A stretch of DNA of 64,000 nucleotides. Source: Lepidodermella squamata. Lineage: Eukaryota; Animalia; Gastrotricha. The notes under the pieces were generated by a model. The model ran no database searches. It was not told the DNA's origin and saw only the letters and a list, made by a program, of their open reading frames with translations. Of the stretch, positions 37,022 to 53,351 are shown one piece after another (within the stretch, counting starts at the first letter, position 1; each line of letters starts with the position of its first letter). Both the position numbers and the translations under genes were made by a program. The DNA lies in NCBI GenBank assembly GCA_047495785.1, contig JBLDXI010000007.1, positions 1,240,001-1,304,000 on the forward strand, written 5' to 3'.

Positions 37022-37615
37022 TCACAGCTTCCACGGAACTTTGACGAATCCTAATCTTAAATAAATTTTGACTGCCGCCAGTCGCCAATCATTAGTCTCC
37101 AGATACGCCGCCGTCTTATCAGTACGCTCCGCCAGGTATTTCAGACAAGCAGCCGAAGCGTAGTACCCCAGTTTCTTCCCAGCATGCTGCGGCGATGAGC
37201 TAACCCAACAGATGTAGCCGGCGTGAATGAACCTAGCAACCAGCGCTCGCATGTCTTCGAGAGTGGTAAAACTGGTCAAACATTCTTCGGGCGAATTGAA
37301 AAGTCGGACGCAGCTCGTGGCCACAATCTCATTAGTATCTACGGTTTCCACGACAAAAGCCGCCCGCATTGTTGGGTCTTCAATCAGTGCCGATCGAACC
37401 AAAGCTTCAGTACAAGGGCCGGTTACAGGGTCAACCCCGTAAGCTGCATCCCAGAGTCGTAGAATTCCAGAGGTTTCATGCTCAGTGAACTCCGTGACCA
37501 GACGTAATCGGTAACCAGCTGGAAGATTCTCTAAAGATGGCAGATCGTTAAGATTGTCGCGATACATGCATACTATATCTTGAGCGACGGCCCGTTGTTG
37601 CGGTTCTGCGGTCAT
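37022..37615 (-). CDS. GNAT N-acetyltransferase (GNAT-2)
   Basis: HAGYICWVSSSPQHAGKKLG; LETNDWRLAAVKIYLRLGF; C-terminus shorter than paralogs. Confidence 0.88.
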   Translation of the reverse strand: MTAEPQQRAVAQDIVCMYRDNLNDLPSLENLPAGYRLRLVTEFTEHETSGILRLWDAAYGVDPVTGPCTEALVRSALIEDPTMRAAFVVETVDTNEIVATSCVRLFNSPEECLTSFTTLEDMRALVARFIHAGYICWVSSSPQHAGKKLGYYASAACLKYLAERTDKTAAYLETNDWRLAAVKIYLRLGFVKVPWKL

Positions 37616-38756
37616 TTGAGATAATCACTTATATTCAGCCTTTGCCGAATTGTATGAGGCGGAGGTTTTTCTTAAAGTGAGCAGCAATTATAATGCTATG
37701 ATGTAGTCAATTCGCTTTTCTTGGTCTGCCGGGTTCAGTAGTAGCCAATATAGCACACTACTACGTCAGTCTTGTGTTTGCGTTCCAGGGTTCAAGCTTC
37801 AGCTGGCACCGGCGCCTCCGCTCTATGGAGAAAAAAATTGCTGAATTAGGGCTATTATTCTTGCCAGTGTTGCTAAATTGGAGGTATCCGAAAACCGATG
37901 CGGTAGCATCTTAACCATCAGTCTCAACTATCAGCCTGAATACTGCTCGAAATCATAATCCTTCAGCCCTGAATAAAGACCATCAAAGAAAATGCCGCTT
38001 ATGAAATACTATCTATAAAATGAGAGATTAAATAATTTGAAGGTGGTAAAATATCTTGAGGCCTTTCACATTTCTTGCGCTCAATTACGGATGCTAAAAA
38101 ATGTTTGCTACCGTTTCTTGGCTCCTGGTAGCCTGAAAGACCAGCTTTCCAGCGGCACCAAATAAATAGCGTTTTGAAAATTCCTGATCCCTTCATTGCG
38201 GAATGTCCCAACTTAACACTGCTGCCCAAATGTATCGTAATCGGTCAAATCTTTATAAAGGGAAAATGGGAAAATTCTAATTTTTCTTAGAAATAGGAAG
38301 TCAGCCTTCTGAAAGTCTCGAAGCAACAGTTTTGTCCAAAATAAGTGCCTCATTAGGCTGAATTTTTTACAGATTATGTTTTAGCGGAACCAAATGGCAA
38401 ACTTATGAAAGTTGCCATTATCGAACAATTGTTTTAGTTCGGAAAATAACGACCAGGCCTTAAACAGAAAACCTCGGAGAATTTTAAATTAATTTATTTG
38501 GATTCCTTGAATTTATCGTGTAATTTCAGAAAATTCAGAAAATTTGGTTCCAATAACAGTTACATGTGAGGAACATGAAGGAAATAGTTCCATCTTTCAT
38601 CTTTTCCTTGGGACATTAACCATGATGTCAGCTTTACGAGTCAAAACGAAACCATCAAACTATAATTTATTGGTCAAAATTTGAATTTATTCATAATATT
38701 ACCTAATTTTCGCAGTAATTAAAATTTGAAAAATCAAATGCTACTGTCATGAGTTG

Positions 38757-39380
38757 TCACTGAGAGCTAAGGTTAAGCTTCTTTTCAACCTCAGACCAAC
38801 GAGCCTCGTGAGTTGGGTCTCTAATAACCTTGCGAAACCCAAGACTTAGGTACATTTTCAGAGCCGGAAGCCGCCAATCATTCGTCTCCAGATAAGCCGC
38901 AGTTTTATCCGTGTGATCAGCCATAAACTTCAAAGCCGCAACAGTGGCGTAGTAGCCAAGTTTCTTGCCAGGATGTTGCGGCGAGGCACAGACCAAATAG
39001 AGGTACCCAGCGTGGATGAAATCACTTATTAACTGCCGCAGTTCTTCAAGCCCAGTAAAAGCACTCGTACAATCATAGGGCGAATCGAAAATTCTCGCGC
39101 TTCCAGTCGCCACAATTTCATGAGTTGCCTCATGCTCGATAACAAAAACAGCTTTCACAGCCTTATCTTCGATCAAAGCATTTCGAATTCGCTCCTCGGT
39201 GAATCTACCGGCTATGTGAGAGTCGCCATAAGCAGCGATGCATAAATTGAGAATACCATTGATATCAGTTTGATTGAACTCAGTGACCCTGCGAAGTCGA
39301 TAGCCGGCTGGAATTTCCGATAGAGAGGGTAGATTCAGAAGGTTCTCTCGATACAGGCATAACATCTGCTCCATGGCCAT
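38757..39380 (-). CDS. GNAT N-acetyltransferase (GNAT-3)
   Basis: HAGYLYLVCASPQHPGKKLG; LETNDWRLPALKMYLSLGF. Confidence 0.9.
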   Translation of the reverse strand: MAMEQMLCLYRENLLNLPSLSEIPAGYRLRRVTEFNQTDINGILNLCIAAYGDSHIAGRFTEERIRNALIEDKAVKAVFVIEHEATHEIVATGSARIFDSPYDCTSAFTGLEELRQLISDFIHAGYLYLVCASPQHPGKKLGYYATVAALKFMADHTDKTAAYLETNDWRLPALKMYLSLGFRKVIRDPTHEARWSEVEKKLNLSSQ

Positions 39381-39490
39381 TTTCTGGAATGAATACTGGA
39401 AAAAACGTACTTTTACGCTTTATCTCTAGAACGCTATCACTTGATAAGAAAAAGCATAATATGCCCGCGATTCTTCTTTTATTAAACTTT

Positions 39491-39656
39491 CAAAGACCTT
39501 TCAATGTCATTCCAAGCAGCCTCATGGTTCTTCTGTCGAATGAACTTACGAAAGCCAAGGCTATAAGAGGTTTTGAAGGCTGAAGCTCGCCAATGTTTGC
39601 CTGAAGAAAATCAGCAGTTTTATATATCTTCTCAGCCATGAAATTCAGAACAGCAA
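39491..39656 (-). pseudogene. 3' relic of a GNAT-6-type gene
   Basis: Collinear with 56111-56286; remainder deleted. Confidence 0.8.
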
Positions 39657-39729
39657 AATAGTCACCATACTATGAATTAAGAAGTATGATAAGACTGATT
39701 TAGATAATAAATTTCCATCAAAACACCGC

Positions 39730-39811
39730 GGTAGCGTGGCCGAGTGGTCTAAGGCGCTAGATTTAGGCTCTAGTCTCTTCGGAGGCATGGGTTCGAACCC
39801 CACCGCTGCCA
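39730..39811 (+). tRNA. tRNA-Leu(UAG), variant with G>A at the first T-stem base
   Basis: GGAGGCATGGGTTCG instead of GGAGGCGTGGGTTCG, giving an A-C mismatch. Confidence 0.9.
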
Positions 39812-39881
39812 TCATTTCGTCCATTTGAATTCTTCGAAACTTCGTAACCAAAGATCCAGTGATTAAATCACTCTTCAGACA

Positions 39882-39953
39882 AGCAGAGTGGCGCAGTGGA
39901 AGCGCGCTGGGCCCATAACCCAGAGGTCTGTAGATCGAAACTACGCTCTGCTA
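39882..39953 (+). tRNA. tRNA-iMet(CAU)
   Basis: 72 nt initiator signature. Confidence 0.97.
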
Positions 39954-40069
39954 AATGTCACATTATTTTTGACCAGAGCTTAAATGAAAAAAGGAATAGC
40001 CAAATGACTTGAGTCCCCACTTATGGTCCAACTGCTGAGTGGGCTCGATTGCGTGGACCTTTGGCCACT

Positions 40070-40228
40070 AAACTTACCTGGCACTGGGATGAACCGAGCT
40101 CAGCAAGTCGGTCGCCCCAGGGCGAGGCGGGCCATTGCACTGCGGTCCGCTGACCCCTGCGCTCTGCCTCATCGGTGGAGTCGGGTGCAAAATATTTCAC
40201 TTGGGTACCGGCGTTCGCGCCACACCCG
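40070..40228 (+). ncRNA. U1: U1 snRNA (divergent)
   Basis: Full-length copy. Confidence 0.92.
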
Positions 40229-41098
40229 TAAAATTACGAAAATAAAGAGCCCAACTATCAAGGTCACCTAACCTATGTATTGCGGGGCAGCGGCCTGAGG
40301 GCTTAACTTACAAAGGCAGTTTCCTCTCTCGACCAAGGTTGAATGTATATTTCACAGCAACCTTAATGAAATGATTAATAGCATGCATTGATTTGTTTTG
40401 CGCTTTGCGCTGAAGCTCCACAAACGTTCGAACTCAGCCGCTCCTCCTGGCTTCATGGAGGTGAATCTTTTCTCGCCCCTCCTCAAGCTTGGAGGGGACA
40501 GGGAAACCATTCAAAATCATGAGCAACATGACTAAGACTAAGCAGGTTCCAGCAGCAGCGTATCACGCGTCAAAGTCATTGATTCGAGCATCTCAAAGCA
40601 TTATACCAAGTTAATGTATAAAATCATGCCAGGGATTCCGTTTAATCATTGCCAGCTTAAGCGGCAATCTTTGACAAACTTTGAAACTTTGACAAATCGT
40701 GACTTATTTTGCCCCGAAATTCTCTCTAAATTTCTCACAAGAATATGGCGTTAACGTCATTCTCCGAGTCATATTTAACTAGGCATCACAATAAATTCCA
40801 CAGCGTTCAAGTGAAATGCTCCAGACATATGCTTGAAAACCATTTTTAGCATAAAAATAAAAAATGGAAAGAGCGCGAGGAGCATTCCTGCCGCCGTGTT
40901 GCTCTAAGAACGTCTAAGCTCTAAGAACGTGCTCCAAGTTAATATGAATAAAATGCTCATCTTTAATCTTGTTAAACTACTCTCGGCTGTGATCTTTTGA
41001 CCATAAGACTAGTGTACTCATCTCGTGTGTGTACTCGAATGCCTGTCTTACATGATGATTACAAGCTACAAATTACCTTCAAATATCTCACTCTGTAG

Positions 41099-44755
<3,657 letters not shown>

Positions 44756-44932
44756 CTTGGAGCAATAGTAACTTGGAGCACTTTGATTTTATCTGGACTA
44801 ATTTTGCAAATGATCAAGAGCAACAGAGGCGTGCAAATAAAAACGCCAGTGTGGCTACATACAAGTTGCTTTTTATTATGTTAGCTATCAGCAGGGTTAT
44901 TAGGTTCAGTCAATCTGCGAAGGCAGTGATCC

Positions 44933-45015
44933 TCTGAAATTAGGGACAGTGATGGCAGGCCGCTCACGATAAATCTCGATAAATGGACAAATTCAAAGCA
45001 TGAGGTCGTCAGAAA
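44933..45015 (-). pseudogene. 5' relic of a GNAT-6-type gene
   Basis: Degraded match to 56656-56728, head-to-head with tRNA-Leu 45096. Confidence 0.7.
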
Positions 45016-45095
45016 TTTATTGAGCCTTTAAAGCTAAGAAGACCATACTTTGAATTGTGTATGATAAGGCTGATATAGATACGTAATCAATGCCC

Positions 45096-45177
45096 GGTAG
45101 CGTGGCCGAGTGGTCTAAGGCGCTAGATTTAGGCTCTAGTCTCTTCGGAGGCGTGGGTTCGAACCCCACCGCTGCCA
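45096..45177 (+). tRNA. tRNA-Leu(UAG)
   Basis: 82 nt copy. Confidence 0.97.
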
Positions 45178-45246
45178 TCACTTTTTTCATTCTTATCTTC
45201 AATAACTCAAAAGCAATGATTGATGGATTAATGCCTCCCTCAGACA

Positions 45247-45318
45247 AGCAGAGTGGCGCAGTGGAAGCGCGCTGGGCCCATAACCCAGAGGTCTGTAGAT
45301 CGAAACTACGCTCTGCTA
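45247..45318 (+). tRNA. tRNA-iMet(CAU)
   Basis: 72 nt copy. Confidence 0.97.
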
Positions 45319-45433
45319 ACTGTCGCAACATTTTTATCAGAATTTCGATGAAAATAGAAATAACCAAATGACTTAATTGTCCGTCTATCGCGTAACTGCT
45401 AAGTGGGGCCGGTCGCTTGGACCTTTGGCCACT

Positions 45434-45592
45434 AAACTTACCTGGCACTGGGATGAACCGAGCTCAGCAAGTCGGTCGCCCCAGGGCGAGGCGGGCCATT
45501 GCACTGCGGTCCGCTGACCCCTGCGCTCTGCCTCATCGGTGGAGTCGGGTGCAAAATATTTCACTTGGGTACCGGCGTTCGCGCCACACCCG
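45434..45592 (+). ncRNA. U1: U1 snRNA (divergent)
   Basis: Full-length copy. Confidence 0.92.
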
Positions 45593-46008
45593 TAAAATAA
45601 CGAAAAAATATCGTAATTCCCCGTACTATCCCACCCATAGGGATGAATTTTCTCTCTCAATTTGAGCCGGCAATTTCGATATTAGTCCCTTCCCGTATTT
45701 ATTGCCAATGCAATGCAAAATTACTTCGAGTATTGAGCAATTTGATCGAAGAAATCGACGTTTTGAGAGTCAACGCAACTCAAAGCATCCGACTAGTCAT
45801 GTCACACAATTTGCTCCTTATTGTAGACTATTGCCGATCTTCACTTACCCACGCATTTTAGGGCGATGGTCCAAAGGCCGTCTTAGGAAATTTTCTACAT
45901 CAGCGGTTTCCGCAATCGGCAAATTTAACGTCTTTAAATGGTAGCTCAAATGGACGATTTTTCTCGGAATTTAATTTTGCGCTTGGTCAAGTGGTTCCAT
46001 TCCAGCAG

Positions 46009-46090
46009 GGTAGCGTGGCCGAGTGGTCTAAGGCGCTAGATTTAGGCTCTAGTCTCTTCGGAGGCGTGGGTTCGAACCCCACCGCTGCCA
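46009..46090 (+). tRNA. tRNA-Leu(UAG)
   Basis: 82 nt copy. Confidence 0.97.
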
Positions 46091-46287
46091 TCAATTTTGA
46101 GCTTGGAAATGAAAAATGAATTTTCGAACCTTTGCTTGCATTCATTCCCGCGCCTGTAACGGGTTTTACGATTATTATGATACTCTTCGGCAGACTTTAA
46201 AAAATTCCAAATGTTTGGCTGGTCACGATATATAAGACCTTCAAAAATCAAGTGAATTAGCTGCGATAATAAATTATTCGTTTATTT

Positions 46288-46944
46288 TCAAAAAAGGCCA
46301 CTCGAATTTACTTTCAACAGATTGGGATCCACTTGTCCGCGAGAGGCGATAAGCTTTTCGATAGTATCCCACCGATCCTCGTGAGTTGGATCCCTGAACA
46401 GCTTTTTGAAACCAAGGTCAAGGTATATTTTAATAGCAGGCAATCGATGGTCGTGAGTTTTCAGTATAGCAGCAGTTCTATCGGTTTTTTCAGCTATAAA
46501 CCTCAAAACTGCTGCTGTGACGTGGTATCCAAGCTTTTTGCCGCTATGTTCCTTCATAGCAGCGACGTAGCAAATGTAGCCAGCATGCAAGTAGTCAGCC
46601 ATAAGAAGCCGATTCTCCCGAGCAATTTTGTCATCCCCGCGACATTCATCCGGCGAGTCGAAAATTCTGGTACAGGCTATAGCCACTATTTGTTTAGTTG
46701 GAACGTGATCGATAACATAAGTTGCCTTTAATGTTGTATCGCTGACCACCGCCATGCGAATGTGATCTTCGGTCAGTTTACCAGATGGAATTTCGTAAGC
46801 AGTCATTAATAGGTTGAAGATTTGCGTGATTTCTTCCGGCGAATATTCAGTCATCAATCGAAGAGAGTAGCCGTCTTGAAGTCCTGTCTGATCGGGAAGA
46901 TCATCGAAATTCTCGCGGTACATAAATAGAGGCACTGAATCCAT
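46288..46944 (-). CDS. GNAT N-acetyltransferase (GNAT-4)
   Basis: HAGYICYVAAMKEHSGKKLG; LKTHDHRLPAIKIYLDLGF. Confidence 0.9.
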   Translation of the reverse strand: MDSVPLFMYRENFDDLPDQTGLQDGYSLRLMTEYSPEEITQIFNLLMTAYEIPSGKLTEDHIRMAVVSDTTLKATYVIDHVPTKQIVAIACTRIFDSPDECRGDDKIARENRLLMADYLHAGYICYVAAMKEHSGKKLGYHVTAAVLRFIAEKTDRTAAILKTHDHRLPAIKIYLDLGFKKLFRDPTHEDRWDTIEKLIASRGQVDPNLLKVNSSGLF

Positions 46945-48261
46945 TTATAATTATGAATTTCTAAGAAATAAAAATTACGCAAAAAATGAACAATTAAAAC
47001 AAAATTGGAGCTAGAGGGAAGTAGATTACAGATAGCGAGCGAATGACCACTATCTCTTGATAATTCTAGGCTGATATGAGGTTCCGATGAATCATCTTCT
47101 CATGCTTTTCGTAAGAGAACAAAAATATTGTCCTTTACAATGAAATGTTGCATGAAACCAAATATGGCGATCAAGACAAATCAAAAACTGAACCATTTTC
47201 ACTGATTTTTCAAAATAAATTTTGGGACACTCAATTTTTCACCTGACATATTGAGAGAAAGGAATTTCGAGTAAAAATCAATGCGTTTGGTATGAAATTT
47301 GGCAGATTTCTGGAAAGTTTAAGGACAGATTCGCCAAATAATTACAAATCATCCGTAGAGCTTCCAAAAATCTGAACATTGGAAAGGTCATTTTTATGAC
47401 CCATAACTAGTTCAATAAATAGGTCAATAATTACAGGGTGTTTACAAATATTAATATCTAATCCAATTATAGAATGAACTTTAACCAGGCAGCACGCGAC
47501 ATAAATTTTCAAATTTCTAAGAAACTGGACGGCATGTGGCTCGAGTTCTAGAACTAGTTCAAAAACACGTCTTTCTAATCAATACTTTCGCGCTAATATT
47601 CAGTCATTTTTATAGGGAGAAAGAATTCAAACCTATGAACCTGAAAATTGAAATTCGGTAAGTTCAGACAGAGAGCAAAAAAAAACGCGCGCTCAGTAAA
47701 ACGGATGTCACTCGTTCAAAGTTCAATGCTAAACATAGGTAGCCATTAGCCATTATTTCTTGAACACCCTAAAGGCCTAATAAAAAAATAGGTCAATAAA
47801 ATTCGCGAAGTAATTAGCAATTTTTGCATCCCAAAATTATCCTATCCATCAATCTAGAAACTGTTTTAGGTATACTCTTTTTTGTTCCTGTAGCAGCCCG
47901 GGCTGCTAAAATTTCAAATTCGAAATTATGAATTATAATTATATTCGATAATTCGATAATTCGATAATTCGATAATTAATTGTTGCTTAATTGTTCATTT
48001 TTGAGGTTTTTGAACCGAATGAACCCCTCTGCCCTGGGATTAGGGATTATTAGCGACCGGGCTACTATCTGAAAAGTACATTCCGTCCAACAATTCCATC
48101 TCAATAACATTTTCAAGTCCTGAAAATTGCGCAAATTTTCTTTTATATTTCTCATATTTACCTTTATTAACGCTAAACCAATTGAAAGATCGTCGACTAG
48201 AGCAGATTTTCCATATAATTAGAAAGATAGTGTCATCAAATAAATCACGATTCCGGAGTTC

Positions 48262-48876
48262 TTATCTCTTCGCAGCCAAATTAGTTTCTATCGCTTCCCA
48301 CCGGCTCTCGTGTGATGGATGACACAGAACTTTGTTGAAACCCAGTCGAAGGTATGTCTTAATCGCAGCTAATCTCGGGTCACTCGTCTTCAAAACAGCC
48401 GCCGTTCGATTAGTTTCCCTTGCTAAGAAGTGCAACAACGCTGCTGTAACGTAGAACCCTAATTTCTTGCCTTCATGCGACGGTGAAACAGCGACGTAGC
48501 AGATGTAACCAGCATGCAGGTATTGCGCCATGACATCCCTCGACTCAACAGCATCAGCCCAATGGCCTTCACATTCATCCGCTGAGTCGGCAATCCGAAC
48601 ACAAGCAATGCCAACTATTTCCTTAGACTGTTCGTGGTCTATTACATAGGTAGCTTTTAGCGTTTTGTCGAGGATTAAAATTTGTCGAATGTGCTGCTCC
48701 GATAGCGTGTCGCTTGGGATTTGATAAGCGGCCAGGATTAAATGATGAATTTCGGTTATTTCTTGCTGGTTGTAGTCGGTTATCCTCCGCAGTGAATAGC
48801 CCTCTGGTAGGTTATCAATTGATGGCAGATTGTTGAGATGTTCTCGATACATGTAAAGCGGGAAACGCCGTTCCAT
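48262..48876 (-). CDS. GNAT N-acetyltransferase (GNAT-5)
   Basis: HAGYICYVAVSPSHEGKKLG; LKTSDPRLAAIKTYLRLGF. Confidence 0.9.
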   Translation of the reverse strand: MERRFPLYMYREHLNNLPSIDNLPEGYSLRRITDYNQQEITEIHHLILAAYQIPSDTLSEQHIRQILILDKTLKATYVIDHEQSKEIVGIACVRIADSADECEGHWADAVESRDVMAQYLHAGYICYVAVSPSHEGKKLGFYVTAALLHFLARETNRTAAVLKTSDPRLAAIKTYLRLGFNKVLCHPSHESRWEAIETNLAAKR

Positions 48877-51274
48877 TATCGATCAGATTCAACCTTCGTG
48901 TAATCGTAGACTTTAACAAAAAGAATTACTCTTTTATAAAAGGTCGATTCAAATGTATAGAAGTGAAATAGGACTATATACTATAGCTATGAATGAATAG
49001 TTGAGCATGCTTGAATGAAAAAAAACCCTACTCATGCGTGGTTGAATTTCCAAGTTTTTACGGCTTGGTTCTATGCTGCGAACTACGTTGTGGTAGTAAC
49101 AATTATAGGTCCGTGATAAGGCATATAGTAAGAGGGCTGGCGAAAATGGGAGCAAAATTATACGCCCATTTTTTTACCGCATTTTTCGAGAGATAACCGA
49201 GTGAGGTGCGTAGCCGCCTTAAAAAATAATTGTTAGGCTTCAAGGTTTTCCTGAGTTTCGAGATAAAAGGCCTACCTATAGCTTTTTTGAACATTATTAT
49301 CCCGCATGGAGAAAAATCAATGAAAAAGGTTGAGATGGCATCGTCGAAAACTTTCGCGAATAAAGTCGCCTGAATATGCTGAAAAAGTGTGCCGATCCAA
49401 GAAATCCAAGTCTGCGATAAAAGTCAGCAGTAACTTGGACTCAATTTCGAAGCCTTAAACGAGCTTGAACCTTGAATGAAACTAGCCGGAACACCATTGT
49501 CTACAAAGCCGACGAGATTCGATTTTTAGTATAAAAATTAGCCGTTATACTAATTTTACCTCAATCTGCGTTGCTGGGTTCCAAGCTGATCGATATCGGA
49601 AAATCACTGATTTGTAAAATCGATGCTTGTATATCGGCTCTACGGACTGAAGTATACCGACCAGCCATAACCAAAAATACGTGTAATATGCAGACCTATC
49701 GGTTAGACATAACAGAAAAATTGAGATTCTGGTTCAAAACTCCAGAATTTGGGACAGTGACGAGTAGGATCCGACTGCTGCGGTGTTTTCTAGCTACCAG
49801 CCGAAGAAACCAAAGGGTGTCAAATGTAGTTTTTCCAACCTTCCTCTGGTTGAAGTCCCGGAGCTGGTTTTTACGATTTTCTCTCCGCGGGGCATGCGAT
49901 TTCTTCTACAGCGTCCCGCGTCCCACGATTTTTACATTAATCTCTTTTTCAAAGTTGATTTTTAGGATTATCCCTCTCCTCGTTGTCATAGCTGCATATA
50001 ATATAATGGGATTAGGAATAACAATGAAAGAGCACTATTTTTTCGAGGGCAGAATGACCCAAGCTTTCTAAATTGAGTTTCAAAAAAGTCCCAATTTCTG
50101 AATAGCCTCGATACAGCTGCAGTATCAGTTTCGTATCATTTCTGGTTTAACATCATCGTTCAAACATTCATTGTCACTCATTTGCGGTATTTGCGGTACT
50201 GCGGCTTTTCCCGAGACAGAATTGGCAACAATTGCCCGGCGCGCTTCGGTCTGCTGGCAACATTATAATCCATGCGCATTTCTAATACCCACTGGACATT
50301 TATTGCTACCTTCAGTTCCACTCACATGGCAAAACAAGAACGCTTAATATCGGCTCTGCGGCGGATCTCCACGTCACTTGGCTTATAAGAGTATACGCTG
50401 TAATATAGGTGGACAATACTGTTTCTATGAAAATTCCTATTTTCCACACCTCGCGTGGCTGCGGACAAATAGCCGGCGCTCGAGATGCGAAAAATAATAA
50501 TAATAATATATTACGCGAATTTTTTTAGGTACACACGCGATAAAGGTAGATACATACTATATATAGGAAAAGCGCATTCTTTTTATTAATATTATAGAAA
50601 AAGCAGCCGCATATCGCGTTGTATTTTTGCGCTGGCCAGTGTCGCGTATAGTAGTAAACACCTTGTTTGTTTGTGTCTCCTACGAGACACGGGTGCACTT
50701 GGCCGTTTTTAAGGCGCGCTTGTTTGTTGTTCGCGGCCCGGTGCAATATCTACTTACTACTACGACTAATAGGTAATACTACTACTTAATAACTCGCCGT
50801 GCGCGCTGCATTATTATTAGCCAAGAATTCTACAGTAATATATTACACGCTCAGCAATTTGGGTGCAAAAATTTCATAAGTATACATTTATTATTCGCCG
50901 CCAGGTTTGGCTAAAATGCGGCGCATAGTGCTGTGAATCGCCATCGGTCATCGCGTATATAATATTCCGCTATATATAGTCAAGCGCTAATATTTGTATA
51001 TTCATTATGGAACTCACGATATGTTTTTCTACGCGCACATCGACTCAATAAAACGGGATATCATTATGATACCGCGCTACCTGTCGCATTTTATTGCTGG
51101 CACTAGCCACGCCTGTAAAAATTTTCATTAATAGATTTTTATATAGGTATAGCATTCTCCATTGTTCTATCGAAATTTTTGATATGAATTTTTATTTTAA
51201 GGAGGATTTTTTCATTTTAGAAATTTTATTTTTGAGCTAGTCTATTTTTACGCCTGGCTATCATGCCGTAGAAA

Positions 51275-53193
51275 ATGTACAACAGCAACGGTGGATATTA
51301 CTGTTACCCAGCGCCTGTGCCAGTTCCAGCTCCAATGCCGGTTCCAGCGCCGGTACCGGCTATGATACCTGGGCCAAACGGAGCTGGAACTTTTGTTTTA
51401 TTCGTCAACGGCCAGGCGCAATCTTACGGGCAATATTCGGCACCGGGTGGCGTGAACCCACTTCAAATCCAGCCGTGTTTCAATTATCCACAACCGACTG
51501 CTGGCAATTACCCACCCGGAACGAGTGTTAGCTACTACTACGACCCATCATCGGCGTTTAACAGCACTGGATATTTTAATAATAATAATAATTACGGGTA
51601 CTACCCGCCGCAACAACAACCGCAAACGTGGGCGGGTGGAGGCGTCTGGCCTGGCTACGACGCGAATAATAATAATAATAACGGCTACTATAATTATCAA
51701 CAACAACCGCAACAACCGCAGTATCCGCCGCCTAGTTATGGCGACCCTAATTATTACCCAGTTAATAATAATAACTCCAACAATCAGCAGCCATATCCTC
51801 AAAAACCGGGTGATAATTACTACAAAAAGCCCGAAAAAAACCGACCCGGTTCGGCGACGCATCACCACTGCCCGAGGCCGGGTTCCAGCTCGGCATATGG
51901 CTGTGACCTAGATAACGACGAGCCGTGTGACAGTGAGGTCGATGCAATAAATACCGGGGCGGGAAAACCACGCCCGGTATTACCCGAAAAACCGCCGAAT
52001 CTTAACCCAACCTCGCCCGTTGTTTTAACCGATAAACCGAATAGCACGGCAAGTTCTGGCACGATTCGAAGGCCGAAACCAGCGAAACCGGGTAGTAGGA
52101 AGCCGCTACCGCCCGCGCCGAGTGAGGGCAGCCAGACTACGGCAATTATCGCGGCAGTTGGCGCGTTACCGCCCGAATCGGTCACACCAATCCCGCCTAA
52201 AACACCGCCGCCTATTGTTGTTAGGCTACCGACCCCTGTTTACGACAGATGCTGCCAGTGCCATCGCGACCCAAACCCGGCCTGCATGAGGCCTGTCGCG
52301 TTAGCCTTGGCGATATTTTCGCTATTCTGCGCGCCGCCGTTTCTGTCGATTCCGGCCGTGGTTTTCGCGTGTCGCAAGGCCGATCTGCCGCCTATGGCGA
52401 ACAAGTACCAGATGGAGAGGCGGCGGTCGAGTTACCGGACTTCGATTATTTTATCAACCCTCGGAATTCTGCTGGGAGTTACGGCGATAATTACGGCTGT
52501 TGTTGTTTTCAGGCTACAGGATCCGCAATTTTATCAAAAACAGCCGGATATCAGATATTCTATACGGTGAATCATTATTGAAAAATTAACTAGAAAAAAT
52601 CGGCGGGCTAAGTGCACACCCTAAATTTAGGCTATATTTAGGCTCAAATATTATATTTCCTAAAATCAAGGATTTTGCGACAGTATCGTTTTCCTTGTGA
52701 CCTAGTTTTTTTATTATGCCCAACCGATGAAATATGGCACTTATAAAATTTAAAAAATCACAATTTTCCTTGAAACCTAAGATTCAATCGAGAAAATGAT
52801 TTGAAGTTGCATTTAATTTAATTTAATTTTGCTGAATAGTTTGCTAAATCACGAAATTTTGGGGAAATCCTGATCTAATTATTTCTGAGCTCGAAGAACG
52901 ATCGAAATGAATTTGTGTTTAAAGCTAAAGGCTCGAATCATTTATAATTTCTGATGATGTAAATAGCTCAAATTCTATTTTTATTACATTCTATTTTCGG
53001 GTTGATCGAATATTTAACCTTTATTTTTTTTCTTTAATTTAGTGGTTTCGATCGAACGGCAACGTGTTGGTGCAGCGATTATTTCGCATCGCAGTGCAAG
53101 TGTCAAGTTGACCAGGGCAAAATCTATCCCAACTGCCACTGCAACGGCAACGTCTGCGACTGCCCGGGCTGGTCTAATTTCATCAAAGTCTAA
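51275..53193 (+). CDS. proline-rich CD225/dispanin-like membrane protein with C-terminal CxC-rich domain
   Basis: Pro/Tyr/Asn-rich N-terminus; LALAIFSLFCAPPFLSIPAVVFAC and a second hydrophobic segment; intron 52567-53042 joins exon CWC..CKC..CHC..CDC, which matches the paralog tail. Confidence 0.72.
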
Positions 53194-53351
53194 CTCTTAT
53201 TTATCGGCAAAACACTAGTTTTTTTCGATGCACCAAACTGTCGGCAGCTGTCAATTTTTCTAACTCTTTTGAGCAAAACAAAATCGTAAAATATGTTAAC
53301 TCAGTTTTTCAATTATTTTAGGATGAGGGAAATTAAAAAAAAATGAGTTAA

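Noticed and set aside
40070-40228. Repeated small RNA as SL RNA or U11
   Set aside because: It has the U1 5' arm ACUUACCUG, the U1A loop and a four-stem layout
47432-47772. Possible old mariner MITE (TACAGGGTGTT...AACACCCT)
   Set aside because: TIR match too short and degenerate to call
49700-50300. Degraded mariner transposase on the minus strand (HLTPFGFFGW resembles DLTPLDFFLW)
   Set aside because: One short motif amid stops and no TIRs found; needs tBLASTn/Dfam
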